From contig JAISAQ010000056.1 of the NCBI GenBank assembly GCA_031266775.1, positions 34,655 through 98,654 on the forward strand: DNA of 64,000 bases, in the 5' to 3' direction. A program made the translations under genes and the position numbers. Of this stretch, positions 62,459 to 64,000 are shown piece after piece (positions within the stretch are counted from its first letter, which is position 1; each line of letters starts with the position of its first letter). Under the pieces are notes generated by a model. The model searched no databases, was not told the origin of the DNA, and was given only the letters and a program-made list of their open reading frames with translations. The stretch is from Treponema sp. (GTDB lineage Bacteria > Spirochaetota > Spirochaetia > Treponematales > Breznakiellaceae).

Positions 62459-64000
62459 CTAATCCACAATGTGAATCGGGATACAGGATTCAGGCGGGAT
62501 ATTTATATATAAAGTATCTTCACTGTCAAACCAATAGCGGTACCCCAAAGGTCCCAGACATCGAATTGGCAGTTCGGAGGCATACCGTACCTTTAAGGGC
62601 ATGCGAAGTGTTGTAACTATATATGCCCCGTGTGCAGGATTTTCAAGCAGGATAATTTTTTCGGAAGAAGCCCCCCCTTCCCTTTTCCCGGTCGAATTTT
62701 CCGGAGTAATCCTGATACCGTAAAATTGTCCCTTGTTTACCCTGGGAAGTTCGGGAATAAAATTCTGTATGCATCTGGCAATTGTAAGTTCAAGAGAATC
62801 AGGATGAACGGAAGCCATTGCTTCTGCCGACTGGCGGATAGTATTTACCAGTTTAGGCCTTCTTGGAAAAGCAGGCCTGTCGCAATTAAATTCGGCAGGA
62901 CTTAACGGCATCGCAAAACAGGGCATTTCCCTGCGTTCATGGGCAATATAAAGGGTTGAGGAGGTCTGTCCAACCAGGATAAAATCGTTGTCATGTATCA
63001 CAGGAACAGCGCCATCGGAAACATACAATCGATTTAATAGTGGATATGTTCCTTCCGCATCCGGTATATTTTCCATCCATAGCTTTTTCTGATCATGTAT
63101 CTGCCATCTTCCACTTGCCTTGCCACCTGATTCCTTAATGCCTAAAAGCCTTAACAGGCGTTCATTGTCGACCCGTCCTGTTACCAGTAATTTGGCCCCG
63201 CCGGCCGCCGCGCATTCCAAAATGGCAACTTCTTCATCAGTAATGCCAATCGGATCGATCAAGAGAAATCCCTGAATGCCCCTGCTCTTGATTATTCCCG
63301 GTATGGTGCAGCCACTTTGTACGGGAATCCCGGAAAACTGTAATCCAAGGACAGTTGTTTTAATATCCCAGGATTCATTCAGCTTTGCATGAGCAAGAAG
63401 GACGTTCGTACTCCACAGAATTGCAAGCCCCAAATTTGCGGTTTCACCAAATCCAAAACCAAGGTCTGTACGGTATAAAAACCATTTCCATTCATCAGCG
63501 GTTAAATCAATTCCAAAAATAGTCAGAAATCCGTCAAAGGCCTTCTTGCGGATGCCGTCGTCTCCTGTTACACCGGCGGTCCCAACTGAAAGAGCTTCCC
63601 TTTCCAGGATGTTGGGTAAATCCCGGGGAGTATGCCAATGTTCGGGGATATTTGCCGTTGCCGCCGTCCAGAGAACCTGCATTTCAGGCGCCTGTAATTT
63701 AATGGTAATCGCCGCGGTTAATCCTGTTGATTCCCAGGCGATTGGACTATGCCACCGCCTTCCGATGACCTCTTCCATGACCTCAAGACAAATAGTTCTG
63801 ACACCCGACTGGTACAATTTTTGAAAATTAATCCCGTACATAACAAGGCTGTCCGCCGGCCCGGTGGTCCAGGGACTGAAAATAACAAGATCCTTTCCCT
63901 GCTGGTACAATGCCGCCGTTAGTTTACGGTAAAAGGATGCCCATCGCCAGGAATAGAAATTGGTCCATTCAGTTCGATGTTCTTTAAGAATCCACGAGAC
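62459..64000 (-). CDS. Hypothetical protein, possibly glycoside-hydrolase-associated; its 5' end runs off the window
   Basis: The track shows 62459..63910 from an internal TTG. The frame stays open to the window edge (VSWILKEHRTEWTNFYSWRWASFYRKLTAALYQQGKDLVIF...). A central ...GFLLIDPIGITDEEVAILECAAAGGAKLLVTG... segment resembles a GATase1-like/beta-galactosidase trimerisation-type fold. This is a weak call. Confidence 0.45.
   Translation of the reverse strand, partial: VSWILKEHRTEWTNFYSWRWASFYRKLTAALYQQGKDLVIFSPWTTGPADSLVMYGINFQKLYQSGVRTICLEVMEEVIGRRWHSPIAWESTGLTAAITIKLQAPEMQVLWTAATANIPEHWHTPRDLPNILEREALSVGTAGVTGDDGIRKKAFDGFLTIFGIDLTADEWKWFLYRTDLGFGFGETANLGLAILWSTNVLLAHAKLNESWDIKTTVLGLQFSGIPVQSGCTIPGIIKSRGIQGFLLIDPIGITDEEVAILECAAAGGAKLLVTGRVDNERLLRLLGIKESGGKASGRWQIHDQKKLWMENIPDAEGTYPLLNRLYVSDGAVPVIHDNDFILVGQTSSTLYIAHERREMPCFAMPLSPAEFNCDRPAFPRRPKLVNTIRQSAEAMASVHPDSLELTIARCIQNFIPELPRVNKGQFYGIRITPENSTGKREGGASSEKIILLENPAHGAYIVTTLRMPLKVRYASELPIRCLGPLGYRYWFDSEDTLYINIPPESCIPIHIVD

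Noticed and set aside
60600-64000. The AT-rich segment interpreted as a prophage or integrative element.
   Set aside because: No integrase, transposase, phage gene, tRNA or flanking direct repeat is visible within the window. Only the compositional shift is reported, as a finding.

Overview
About 64 kb of visibly GC-rich bacterial chromosome. Gene content and order (zapB-like/zapA behind infC-rpmI-rplT, a Maf/DUF115 protein, hemerythrin, two HD-GYP proteins, Pmp-like beta-helix lipoproteins with relaxed lipoboxes) suggest a spirochaete of the Treponema/Spirochaeta type. That lineage guess cannot be verified from the sequence alone. I support about 55 protein-coding genes, mostly housekeeping: thrA, thiI, a cysteine desulfurase, infC-rpmI-rplT, manA, lipA plus an LplA-family ligase, oadGAB, asnS, a class B PBP, alaA and a DEAD-box helicase. 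I saw no rRNA, tRNA, CRISPR array, transposase, integrase or phage gene. Both window edges (about 1-1260 and about 60600-64000) are clearly AT-richer than the rest, and each carries a GntR-type regulator. The items most worth a second look are listed here.
- A tightly packed six-gene minus-strand operon (50910-60695). Two beta-helix lipoproteins, one of 1535 aa, bracket three outer-membrane barrel/OmpA proteins. One of those three has no canonical start codon.
- A cytoplasmic GntR-HTH fused to a solute-binding-protein fold, with repeat operator-like DNA upstream, inside the AT-rich segment.
- An OadA alpha subunit carrying two tandem biotinyl domains.
- A 20-bp-arm inverted repeat over the abfA promoter, with one arm repeated as an identical 17-mer in front of the URO-D/GntR operon 30 kb away.
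- Two apparently inactivated genes: a single in-frame TGA in a sodium:solute symporter, and a homopolymer frameshift in a URO-D family gene.
All functional calls come from motif recognition by eye. No database search was run.
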